A stretch of DNA of 64,000 nt from Christensenellaceae bacterium (GTDB taxonomy: Bacteria; Bacillota; Clostridia; Christensenellales; Borkfalkiaceae). Below the pieces are notes generated by a model. It saw only the letters and a list, made by a program, of their open reading frames with translations, did not search any database and was not told where the DNA came from. Below are positions 36,668 through 44,463 of the stretch, in pieces; the stretch's first letter is position 1, and every line of letters starts with the position of its first letter. The position numbers and the translations under genes are program-made. The stretch covers positions 25,085-89,084 of the forward strand of contig JAZUAJ010000008.1 of NCBI GenBank assembly GCA_045637905.1. Reading direction: 5' to 3'.

Positions 36668-37564
36668 ATGAGCATATTTTCTAAAATAGCCAAATCGCTA
36701 CAAAAAACTAAAAACAAAATTGCCGACACTTTTGCACGCGTATTTTCAATAGATAGAATAGGCGAAGAATTTTACGAAGAGTTAACCGACGCGTTAGTTG
36801 CTTCCGACATATCTTTTTCGGTTGCAGACGCCATTGTGGAAGATTTGCGCGAAGAAATGATTGAAGGTAGCGTAAAAGATAAAAACGAAGTTATAACCGC
36901 GTTAAAGGGCGTTATAACTAATAAACTACTTGAAGTTGAAAACGTTGAGTTTAATTATCCTTGCGTAATTATGGTGGTTGGCGTAAACGGCGTTGGTAAA
37001 ACTACGTCTATAGGCAAGTTATCGCAATATTTTATGGCGCACAAAAAAAGCGTTACGATTGTTGCGGGCGACACGTTTAGAGCCGCCGCAAGCGACCAAT
37101 TAACCGTTTGGGCGGAAAGGGCAAACGTTAGAGTTATTAAACATAGCGAAGGCGCAGACCCGTCTGCAGTCGTTTACGACGCTATTGCTTCGGCTAAATC
37201 AAAGAAGACCGACGTTTTAATTATCGACACCGCAGGTAGGCTTCACGTTAAAAGCAATTTAATGGAAGAACTTAAAAAAATGGCAAGGGTAGTTGAAAGA
37301 GAATATCCAAACGCTAACTTTTATAAACTTATCGTGTTAGACGCAACTACGGGGCAAAACGCCGTTTCACAAGTTGACGCTTTTGACGACGCTATTTCGC
37401 TTGACGGCATAGTTTTAACTAAACTTGACGGCACCGCAAAAGGCGGTTTCGTTGTAACGCTTTGTGAAGACAAAGGCTTGCCAATAGTTTTTGCAGGCGT
37501 TGGCGAAAAACTCGACGATTTAGTTGAATTTAACGCCGAAGACTTTGTTGACGGTTTATTTTAG
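36668..37564 (+). CDS. ftsY: signal recognition particle receptor FtsY
   Basis: GVNGVGKTTSIGKL, DTAGRLH and TKLDGTAKGG GTPase motifs. Confidence 0.92.
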   Translation: MSIFSKIAKSLQKTKNKIADTFARVFSIDRIGEEFYEELTDALVASDISFSVADAIVEDLREEMIEGSVKDKNEVITALKGVITNKLLEVENVEFNYPCVIMVVGVNGVGKTTSIGKLSQYFMAHKKSVTIVAGDTFRAAASDQLTVWAERANVRVIKHSEGADPSAVVYDAIASAKSKKTDVLIIDTAGRLHVKSNLMEELKKMARVVEREYPNANFYKLIVLDATTGQNAVSQVDAFDDAISLDGIVLTKLDGTAKGGFVVTLCEDKGLPIVFAGVGEKLDDLVEFNAEDFVDGLF

Positions 37565-37569
37565 TTGAC

Positions 37570-37748
37570 GGCTATATCACTTTATCTTGTTGTTTTTTGA
37601 CGGAAAAATACTACAAAATACTTCGCGTTTTGTTCAGTTACAGACCGCAAGAGTATGCGCCCTCACAAGAACGCTCGTCTTTTTTGTATTTTCCTCGTCA
37701 ATCGCAAAATAAATTTTGCTAAAATCAACAATATTCCGTGATAAAGCC
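37570..37748. mobile_element. MITE-like ~179-bp element forming a long imperfect hairpin
   Basis: Termini GGCTATATCAC (37570-37580) and GTGATAAAGCC (37738-37748). Nested arm complementarity, e.g. TTGACGGAAAAATAC vs GTATTTTCCTCGTCAA. No ORF. Confidence 0.4.
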
Positions 37749-37787
37749 TAAAAGTTTGTTACAACATTGTGAAAATTTTACAAAATA

Positions 37788-37832
37788 TAAAAGGCTTAAA
37801 CGCTTTAAATTGCGTTTAAGCCTTATTTTTTA
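37788..37832. terminator. bidirectional terminator (ftsY side / membrane-protein side)
   Basis: Perfect 13-bp stem AAGGCTTAAACGC/GCGTTTAAGCCTT followed by a T-run. Confidence 0.8.
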
Positions 37833-37839
37833 TTGAGTT

Positions 37840-38142
37840 TTAGTTCGTTACGGCGTTTACAATAATAGGAGCAAGCAATAACGACGCGTACGCTAATATT
37901 AACAACACAAGCGTAATTCCGTCAAAAACGCTATATTTTTTTATAATGCCCATAACTATATTATATATGATTGCGTAAAGTACAACAGGCGCTCCGCACG
38001 GAATATAAATCATAATAGATAATAAAAGTGCTAACCCTCCATGTTTTATCGTTAGCGACACAGCAATGTAAGCAAAAAACGCCGAACAAATTAATAATAA
38101 TACGTTTGAAATAATTTTGTAAATTTTTAATGCTTTACTCAT
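37840..38142 (-). CDS. hypothetical small membrane protein (3 TM segments)
   Basis: 100-aa hydrophobic ORF with a strong AAGGAGG RBS. Confidence 0.6.
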   Translation of the reverse strand: MSKALKIYKIISNVLLLICSAFFAYIAVSLTIKHGGLALLLSIMIYIPCGAPVVLYAIIYNIVMGIIKKYSVFDGITLVLLILAYASLLLAPIIVNAVTN

Positions 38143-38389
38143 AATTAAGCCTCCTTAATGCGTTTTTAATTTTCGCTATTTTTTCTGGTGTAAATTTAAT
38201 AATTTTTGCTTTTACCAACGCATTTTTACATTAACGTTGTAAACGTCAAACGTTGTTTTTATTAAAATTAAACCTTTTTATTAGTATGGTTATTATAGCA
38301 TTAAATATTATCGTTTGCAATAGTTAATTAAAAAAAAATTGATTTAAAGGCTTATTGCAATATGTTTTGAGCGTTAAAATAGTTAAAAT

Positions 38390-39679
38390 TCACTTATTTT
38401 TACATACGTTGCAAAAAAAGTCTGTGCTTGTTGCTTCGTTCTTTTTTCTTCCAACGGACGTGTTATCAACCGTTCTTGACCGCAATTCTTTTACTGGGTT
38501 AGGCGCAACTTCGTAGCGGTAATCTTTGCCGTAGTTTTGAATATGTGTTTCAATTACTACGTGAGATGGAACAATTTCAATCGTTGGGTTAATAATTTTT
38601 TGATATTCAAAAAAGTTTGCTTCTGTTGGAAGTTCGTTCACGTTTACGTAATCTTCTAAATTTCCGGTGTATTGAACGGTAGATTCTAAAACGCTTCTTA
38701 CGTATTCAACGTTTTCGTGTAGCGATATAGGGTTAGGGAAGTTTCCGTCAGGAATAACTTCTTGCCAATGTTTATTTTCGTATTTTTCTAAAAGTTCGCT
38801 TGCTTTACGCAAATGTCCTATTTCAATATCAAGGTTTTCTTCCCACAATTGTTTAACGTACGGGTCGGTTTCCGTTACAAAGCAAGACCAATACAAGTAA
38901 CACTCGCAATATTCGTGCCAAAGTAGCATTTCTAACCAACTTGAATTTGAATCCATTAACGATTCGTATTGCGTTACGTGTTCTTCTTCTACAAGCGCTA
39001 TTTCTTGGTATAACTTGCGCGAAAGTTCGTTTGTTGCAAGATTAGTTATATTCATATAATAGTTCATTGTTTGTTGTTCCGCAGCGGTTATTATCATAGT
39101 TGATAAAACCGTTTGTTTATTGGCGGTTTTAGAGTTAAGGTTGCGTTTAACGTTGTCTTTGCTAAATCTGTGATGAGAAATCGTTGGTCTGCCAGGCATA
39201 ATTTCGGTGTATCTACCAACTAAATTTTCGGCGAGTACGCCTTGTTCCATATGTAATAAATTAGCGTAGCGATAAAGGTGGTCAAAGTCTTCTAAAAGTG
39301 CAAAATCTAACGCTTTTTTAACGTAACAGTCGCACTCTCTTTTGGCAAGTTCTGCGGTTAAATCAACCGCTAATTGTTCGTAAGAAATAGTGTGTTCAAG
39401 TGCGCTTTCGTTCGCAGGCTTTAAAAGCGAAATTTTAAGTTGTTGTTGCTTTTCTATTGAGCGCGTAACGCTTATTTCGCGCCGTAAATCATTGTTTGCG
39501 GTATGTCTTGCAAGTTGATGAGAAAACCAATTTGCTTCAAATTCCGTGCCGTTCATAAGTATAATTCGTGTTTTGGTATACGGGTCTACTTCACGCTTAT
39601 CGTATGCCTTTGGATATAGTTGTTTCCAATTTTGAAAACTACTTAAAATAGATAATGGTTTTTCGTTAAATGGATTCAT
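38390..39679 (-). CDS. ferritin-like (diiron-carboxylate fold) protein of unknown function, two tandem four-helix halves, C-terminal CxxC
   Basis: 429 aa with an AAGGAG RBS. The second half carries E(QQT)...EEEH...E(YCE)...EIGH, spaced as E/ExxH/E/ExxH. The first half is degenerate (EFEANW, ALEH, EDFDH). The C-terminus ends FFCNVCKNK. Confidence 0.45.
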   Translation of the reverse strand: MNPFNEKPLSILSSFQNWKQLYPKAYDKREVDPYTKTRIILMNGTEFEANWFSHQLARHTANNDLRREISVTRSIEKQQQLKISLLKPANESALEHTISYEQLAVDLTAELAKRECDCYVKKALDFALLEDFDHLYRYANLLHMEQGVLAENLVGRYTEIMPGRPTISHHRFSKDNVKRNLNSKTANKQTVLSTMIITAAEQQTMNYYMNITNLATNELSRKLYQEIALVEEEHVTQYESLMDSNSSWLEMLLWHEYCECYLYWSCFVTETDPYVKQLWEENLDIEIGHLRKASELLEKYENKHWQEVIPDGNFPNPISLHENVEYVRSVLESTVQYTGNLEDYVNVNELPTEANFFEYQKIINPTIEIVPSHVVIETHIQNYGKDYRYEVAPNPVKELRSRTVDNTSVGRKKNEATSTDFFCNVCKNK

Positions 39680-39842
39680 AAAATACTCCTTTTTTAAATT
39701 ATTATTTTATAACTATTTTATGAAATTTAAATAAAAATGTTTAACGTTAAGCGTAAAAAATTCTACCTGCGCTTTTAAAGTAAAAATAAAGTAACCACTC
39801 ACGGCAAAGCGTGTATATAATTTGCAACGGCATAAATTTCAT

Positions 39843-39870
39843 TAAAAAAGCACCCTAAATTAAGGGTGCT
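39843..39870 (-). terminator. intrinsic terminator after the XRE gene
   Basis: Stem GCACCCT/AGGGTGC. The minus strand is followed by a U6 run. Confidence 0.7.
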
Positions 39871-39916
39871 TTAGCGTGGCGGAGCGTACGTCAGTTATAG
39901 AACTCTTGATAGAGTT

Positions 39917-40120
39917 TTAGTCTTCTAAGCCTATTAAATAATCTGCTGAACAACCAAAAAATTGACAAAGAATGATAATGCTGTCAATATTTGGTACTCT
40001 TAAATTCTTTTCCCAACGGTTAATACAAGCCGTGCTTATATTAAGTTTTTTAGACAATTCATATTGTGTAAGATTTCTTTCTTCTCTTAATTCTTTTAAT
40101 CTTTCTGCAAACTTATTCAT
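39917..40120 (-). CDS. XRE-family HTH repressor (cI-like DNA-binding domain only)
   Basis: 67 aa. LTQYELSKKLNISTACINRWEKN helix-turn-helix. AAGGAG RBS. Divergent to a second HTH gene. Confidence 0.85.
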   Translation of the reverse strand: MNKFAERLKELREERNLTQYELSKKLNISTACINRWEKNLRVPNIDSIIILCQFFGCSADYLIGLED

Positions 40121-40146
40121 AATAACTCCTTATTTATAATAATTGT

Positions 40147-40215
40147 ATACCAAACGGTAATAAAATGCTTGACTTTTACCAAATGGTAAATATATAATAT
40201 ATGTACCATATGGTA
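40147..40215. promoter_or_regulatory. three palindromic operators in the divergent intergenic region
   Basis: TACCAAACGGTAA (40147-40159), TTACCAAATGGTAA (40175-40188) and TACCATATGGTAA (40203-40215). Consensus TACCAwAyGGTAA. Confidence 0.6.
40168..40197 (+). promoter_or_regulatory. rightward promoter overlapping the operators
   Basis: TTGACT (40168-40173), 18 nt spacer, TATAAT (40192-40197). The second operator lies in the spacer and the third just downstream. Confidence 0.5.
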
Positions 40216-40229
40216 AACGGGAGGTAAAT

Positions 40230-40430
40230 ATGAAAAACATGATTAAGGTAGAAATTATTGAAAAGTTTATATTAGAAAACAATATAAGTAAAACAAAATT
40301 TTGTAAGATGTGCAAAATTAGTATTAACACTTTAAATAAAATTATGGCAAATAATTTCAATTTTGAAATAATTGCACTTTTTAGAATTGCAAGAATAATT
40401 AAAATTGAAGTACACCAAATGTTTAATTAG
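40230..40430 (+). CDS. Cro-like XRE-family HTH protein
   Basis: 66 aa. ISKTKFCKMCKISINTLNKIMANN helix-turn-helix. GGGAGG RBS. Confidence 0.65.
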   Translation: MKNMIKVEIIEKFILENNISKTKFCKMCKISINTLNKIMANNFNFEIIALFRIARIIKIEVHQMFN

Positions 40431-40505
40431 AGGGATTTGCTCCGCTTATAAACAATAGATAAAATCCACAATGCCACTAAAGGTGGTTATAATATGAGTG
40501 CAACG

Positions 40506-40626
40506 AACTATCATGCAACTTAAGTTGCTATCATGTAAACGATAGTTTATTATAATTCAAATTCGCTAGCGCGAAAATGATAACTCGCTACGCTCAAATG
40601 ATAGTTACTATCGCAACATGATAGTC
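40506..40626. repeat. array of ACTATCATG / CATGATAGT 9-mers in both orientations, with embedded palindromes
   Basis: ACTATCATG 40507, GCTATCATG 40527, GATAGTT 40541, ATGATAAC 40577, AATGATAGT 40598, ACTATCG 40608, CATGATAGT 40618. A 14-bp perfect palindrome GCAACTTAAGTTGC lies at 40516-40529. Confidence 0.55.
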
Positions 40627-40646
40627 AAATTTTTGCAAATTTGACA

Positions 40647-40681
40647 TAAAAAAAGAAGTACGATTTTCGTACTTCTTTTTT
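40647..40681 (-). terminator. terminator directly downstream of tRNA-Ser
   Basis: Stem GAAGTACG/CGTACTTC flanked by A7 and T-run (bidirectional form). Confidence 0.7.
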
Positions 40682-40772
40682 TGGCGGAGAGAGGGGGATT
40701 TGAACCCCCGATACGCTTATGGCGTATACACGATTTCCAATCGTGCTCGTTCGACCACTCCGACATCTCTCC
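40682..40772 (-). tRNA. tRNA-Ser (anticodon GGA)
   Basis: Manual cloverleaf. Acceptor GGAGAGA/TCTCTCC, anticodon stem CACGA/TCGTG with loop TTGGAAA, long variable arm, T-arm GGGGG-TTCAAAT-CCCCC, encoded CCA. Confidence 0.9.
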
Positions 40773-40884
40773 ATAAATTTAAAAACATTATACAAAATTT
40801 TTTATTTTTTTGCAACCTTTTTATAAACATATTATAAAACGTTAGACAAATTTAATTTTATATGCTATTATAATTAAGCAAAAT

Positions 40885-40960
40885 GCTTCTATGGCTCAGT
40901 AGGTAGAGCGCATCCATGGTAAGGATGAGGTCACCGGTTCGATTCCGGTTAGAAGCTCCA
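40885..40960 (+). tRNA. tRNA-Thr (anticodon GGT)
   Basis: Manual cloverleaf. Acceptor GCTTCTA/TAGAAGC, D-arm GCTC-AGTAGGTA-GAGC, anticodon stem CATCC/GGATG with loop ATGGTAA, T-arm ACCGG-TTCGATT-CCGGT, encoded CCA. Confidence 0.92.
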
Positions 40961-40962
40961 TT

Positions 40963-41003
40963 AAAAAAAACGCAAGCCTAAAATTTAGCTTGCGTTTTAT
41001 ATT
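40963..41003. terminator. bidirectional terminator (tRNA-Thr / DMT permease)
   Basis: Stem ACGCAAGC/GCTTGCGT flanked by A8 and a T-run. Confidence 0.75.
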
Positions 41004-41012
41004 TTAATAAAA

Positions 41013-41918
41013 TTATAAATTTAAAAATATTACCGACGCTATTCCTAAAATAATACCAACGTATTGAATTAGGCTATACTTTTCTTTATAGCCTAATATG
41101 CCAATAAGCGAGCAAATTACCAACTGTCCGCCAGAGTAAACGGGGAAGTACGTTGCGTTTGAAATAATATTAAGGTTTGTAAAATACATCATAAGAATAA
41201 GCGCAATGCCCGTAAATAAACCGCAAGACCCGCCTAATACCGCAACGCTTTTTAAGTTAGATTTAATTTTAGTTCTTTCCTTAAAAAGTGAAATTACAAA
41301 CAAAATAACCGTTGTTAATAAAAAGCCAACCATTAAAAAGGAAACGCCGTTAAAAAGCACTTCTTCGTTAGAGCCACTTGGCGTTTGACCCGATATTGAT
41401 ATTATAATTGAGCCAACGCCGTCCGCTATTGCGGCAATTAAAACGTAGAAAAGCCACTTTAACGTGATTTTGTTTTGCTTTTTGTCTTCGCCATTATTCT
41501 TTGGCTCGTAGTTAATTAAAAATACGCACGCAATAAAGAGTGCAAGCCCTATAAAAAAGAATAAACCAACGGGGTTATGTAAAAATATAATGCCGTAAAC
41601 TGCGGGAATTAAAAGTGCAAAAGCAAATATAAGGCTCGATATAGACATAGGGCCTTCTTTAAGCGCTAAAACGGTAAAATAGTAACAAATAACGTATAAA
41701 ACTGCAAGTGCAATTACTAACAAAACGTTAGAAATTTTTAAGCCTTTTTGCGCACCGCCAAGCGCGAAAAACGCTATTACGAATATAAGCGACGTAATAA
41801 GCATTCTTACTGCGGAATAAAAAACGGGCGCGTCCTTTTTATACTCTTTAACGAATACGAAAGTTAGTGAAATTGCAATTATATTAAAAATAAATAAAAG
41901 TAAAGTGTCAAAAGTCAT
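41013..41918 (-). CDS. DMT-superfamily (EamA/GlcU-like) permease, 10 TM
   Basis: 301-aa protein with two 5-TM halves separated by a charged loop (NNGEDKKQNK). Co-oriented just downstream of the GH89-like gene. Confidence 0.65.
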   Translation of the reverse strand: MTFDTLLLFIFNIIAISLTFVFVKEYKKDAPVFYSAVRMLITSLIFVIAFFALGGAQKGLKISNVLLVIALAVLYVICYYFTVLALKEGPMSISSLIFAFALLIPAVYGIIFLHNPVGLFFFIGLALFIACVFLINYEPKNNGEDKKQNKITLKWLFYVLIAAIADGVGSIIISISGQTPSGSNEEVLFNGVSFLMVGFLLTTVILFVISLFKERTKIKSNLKSVAVLGGSCGLFTGIALILMMYFTNLNIISNATYFPVYSGGQLVICSLIGILGYKEKYSLIQYVGIILGIASVIFLNL

Positions 41919-42051
41919 ATAAATAATTTCCTTACTTTAGTATTATATAGTTGCCTTTTAATTTTGTCAATTAAAACACCGCTCAAAAGCACTTTAAAAA
42001 GATTAGTGTTTTTTATCTAAACTAAGTAAGAAAATGGTGCTATTTTACTTT

Positions 42052-44328
42052 TTATACTTCTAAATTTGTGTTTTGCAAAACGTATAAACAGTTATCTAAA
42101 ATTTTGTTAATGCTTAAACTTTTAACTTCTAAATTTTTAAGCGGTGTTTTAAAATAATTAGACCTATTTTCGTTAATTTTTTCAAGCGCTAAATCTCTAT
42201 TAAATTCTCTACTTTCTTTTAAAGAATTAACTGCTTCGTTAAGCCATATTTTAACTTCTGGCAAGTATAAATACATAGCGTTTTCATAAATATGCGCTCT
42301 GCAATATTGACACTCTGAATTGTTTTTAAGCGTTTCTTCAAAATTAGGGTTTGTAACAGTTTCCGTTTCAAGGCGTTTAAGAGACTTGTAAAGAGAATAG
42401 TCGCTGTGTCCGCCAAGTAAAAGAGCAAGGTTATTAAGTAGTCTAATTGAGCAAGTTGATAAATTTTCAACGCTATTTACGTCTTTTTTAGCAAAATCAA
42501 TTTGTGCTTTTAAAATGCAAGCGTTTATATATCGACCTATTACGGTGCGTATAATATCGTAAACGTCGCGCTCAATTTGGCTATCGTTAACGTCAACTTT
42601 TTTAAGTGTTTTTAATACTTTAATTGCATATTTTTTAGCATCGTTAAACGGCTTTAAAAGTGTAACGTTGCGGTCAAGTTCGCCCAAATCAAATTTTGCG
42701 CGCGCTTTAATATTTTCATAAAGGTCGTCAAATAAAATAACTTCGTCTTCGTCGTAAGTGCCCCAAGTCATAAGTTTTGATACGGGCATTAAATTTTTCC
42801 ACGCGGTTTGCATTACGTTAAAATTGCTTTCACTATAACGAGCGGAGCAAAAATCTTTAATAAGTTCATTAACGCTTAAAGTTTTGTTTTCCCAAGCGTT
42901 TTTTGTTAAGTAGTGTAGGTATAACGAACTCCCGTGCGAAAATTCTGGCCAAAATACCATACCTTTACACATTTTATCGTTTTTTGCAATTTTAAGCCTT
43001 TCGTTCATAAGGCTAAAATTTCCCCTTATATCGTGGTGCTTTTCAAGCCCGCCAAATATGCCGAAAATCCAAGGGAATTTTCCAACTAAGTTCCAATTTG
43101 TAAAGTTGTTTTTATCTTGAACTTCGCTTGTGTAATCAAATAAAATTGCTTGGTTTTTATCAAGTTCACTAAGCAAATCTTTAACTTCGTTAGGCGTGTA
43201 ATACATCCATAAATCCCAACTTGCTATTAAAAGCGGAGCGTTAGGGTATTTTTCCTTAATATTTTTGCTAATTTTACGATAAGTGTAAAGTTTTAAACGT
43301 GCGTTTTCATTTTTATCTTGTGAAAATCTACGTTCTGCAAGCCCTATTGTGTGAAATATTTGACCTTGACCGTATTCCTTAACGTGCGTGTCGGTAAGGT
43401 GAGAATAATAATCAAAGTTTTTATCATCTCTAATATCAAATACAAGCCCCGTTTGTTCGTTATAACTATTAGTGCTTTGCGCTAAAAAAGTAGGTTTAAC
43501 TTTTTCTATAAATTCTTTTGGCGTGCGCGAATACCAATGCGTCATAGTCCCGGTGTCTTCCGGGTGCATAAGGTCGCGTTCAAAAGCGTAGGTTAATATT
43601 TTTTTTCTTAACTCTCCCTTATATTCAAGTGGCCAAAATAGACTGCGGTCGTCATACCCGTAGCCCGAATTTTCCGCTTTATCGGTAAGGGAAGGGTAAA
43701 ACACGATATCGGGAAAGGCTTTTTGCCAAACGTCGTCCATACCCGTGCGCAACATAAATAAATTGAGCCTTGATTTTAATATCCAGTCAATTTCATTTTT
43801 CCAATCTTCATAGCCCCAATGTTCGGCTTGAAAGCGGTGCAAACTTCTATGAGCAAAATATCTTAAACCGCGGTATTCAAAGCGTGGGCTTTCTAAAAGG
43901 TCAATATCTTCAAAAATACAAGACGCGTTTTTAGGTATTCTATCTCCGTCCCAAAAATACTTGTAATTCAAAAATTTTTCAAAGTAGCGGTAAACTGCGT
44001 AAAGCGTAGCGCGTGGGCGCGCACCTGCTAAAATAAGGTAAGTAGTACCGTCAATTTTTATCGTTTTGATAGCGTAATCGTCAGACCCGTAAGAAAAATT
44101 AAAAGCGGAAATTTTACCTTTTAAATATAGATTTGCCGTTACCGTATTTACGCTGTCATTACCAAGTAAAACTACCGTTTTTGGATTTTTTGGTAACAAT
44201 AAAAACTCTTCGTCACTAAAAAGCGTAAATTTATTATTCGTGCTTTTTAAGGCAAGGCTAACAAACTCGTTTGCGCTTATTTTATACGCGCTATGTGCAT
44301 TTTTTGGAAAAACTACAGTAATATTCAT
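42052..44328 (-). CDS. GH89-like alpha-N-acetylglucosaminidase (NAGLU family), cytoplasmic
   Basis: HWGYEDWKNEIDWILKSRLNLFMLRTGMDDVWQKAF aligns by eye with the NAGLU TIM-barrel block WDWxRWEREIDWMALNGINLxLAxxGQEAIWQRVY. 758 aa. No signal peptide. Confidence 0.6.
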   Translation of the reverse strand: MNITVVFPKNAHSAYKISANEFVSLALKSTNNKFTLFSDEEFLLLPKNPKTVVLLGNDSVNTVTANLYLKGKISAFNFSYGSDDYAIKTIKIDGTTYLILAGARPRATLYAVYRYFEKFLNYKYFWDGDRIPKNASCIFEDIDLLESPRFEYRGLRYFAHRSLHRFQAEHWGYEDWKNEIDWILKSRLNLFMLRTGMDDVWQKAFPDIVFYPSLTDKAENSGYGYDDRSLFWPLEYKGELRKKILTYAFERDLMHPEDTGTMTHWYSRTPKEFIEKVKPTFLAQSTNSYNEQTGLVFDIRDDKNFDYYSHLTDTHVKEYGQGQIFHTIGLAERRFSQDKNENARLKLYTYRKISKNIKEKYPNAPLLIASWDLWMYYTPNEVKDLLSELDKNQAILFDYTSEVQDKNNFTNWNLVGKFPWIFGIFGGLEKHHDIRGNFSLMNERLKIAKNDKMCKGMVFWPEFSHGSSLYLHYLTKNAWENKTLSVNELIKDFCSARYSESNFNVMQTAWKNLMPVSKLMTWGTYDEDEVILFDDLYENIKARAKFDLGELDRNVTLLKPFNDAKKYAIKVLKTLKKVDVNDSQIERDVYDIIRTVIGRYINACILKAQIDFAKKDVNSVENLSTCSIRLLNNLALLLGGHSDYSLYKSLKRLETETVTNPNFEETLKNNSECQYCRAHIYENAMYLYLPEVKIWLNEAVNSLKESREFNRDLALEKINENRSNYFKTPLKNLEVKSLSINKILDNCLYVLQNTNLEV

Positions 44329-44463
44329 TTTTTACACCTATTTTTTTTAAATTTATAATTTAATTATAGCGTTTTAAACTTATTTTAAAAACTTATTTTT
44401 TATTCAAATGGGTGGACTTTTTAGTCATTGTATGTTAAAATGCTAATTAAGGGGGAATTTGAT

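Noticed and set aside
37570-37748. SRP (4.5S/scRNA) gene, suspected because a long hairpin follows ftsY
   Set aside because: The apical region has a GCAA tetraloop but lacks the highly conserved domain IV sequence (GGUCCGGAAGGAAGCAGCC-like). The arms are AT-rich and poorly paired compared with SRP RNA.
39877-39884. TGGCGGAG as the second att half-site of an element integrated at tRNA-Ser
   Set aside because: The match to the tRNA 3' end is only 8 nt, so a chance occurrence is plausible. It is kept only as a weak pointer within the switch-remnant finding.
40130-40360. 76-aa minus-strand ORF spanning the operator region and the Cro-like gene
   Set aside because: It runs through the three operators and the promoter and is antisense to the HTH gene, which has a GGGAGG RBS. 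Its Ile/Leu/Phe-rich translation reflects AT-rich sequence.
40516-40546. dif/Xer recombination site, because ATGTAAAC resembles the right arm of the Bacillus dif site
   Set aside because: Only the 8-nt right-arm core matches. With the required 6-nt spacer, the left arm does not resemble ACTTCCTAGAA beyond ACTT.
40506-40626. CRISPR array (also considered for the ATGAAAT region at 56982-57109)
   Set aside because: The repeat units are only 7-9 nt, occur in both orientations and have irregular spacing of 10-45 nt. There are no cas genes. This is not CRISPR architecture.
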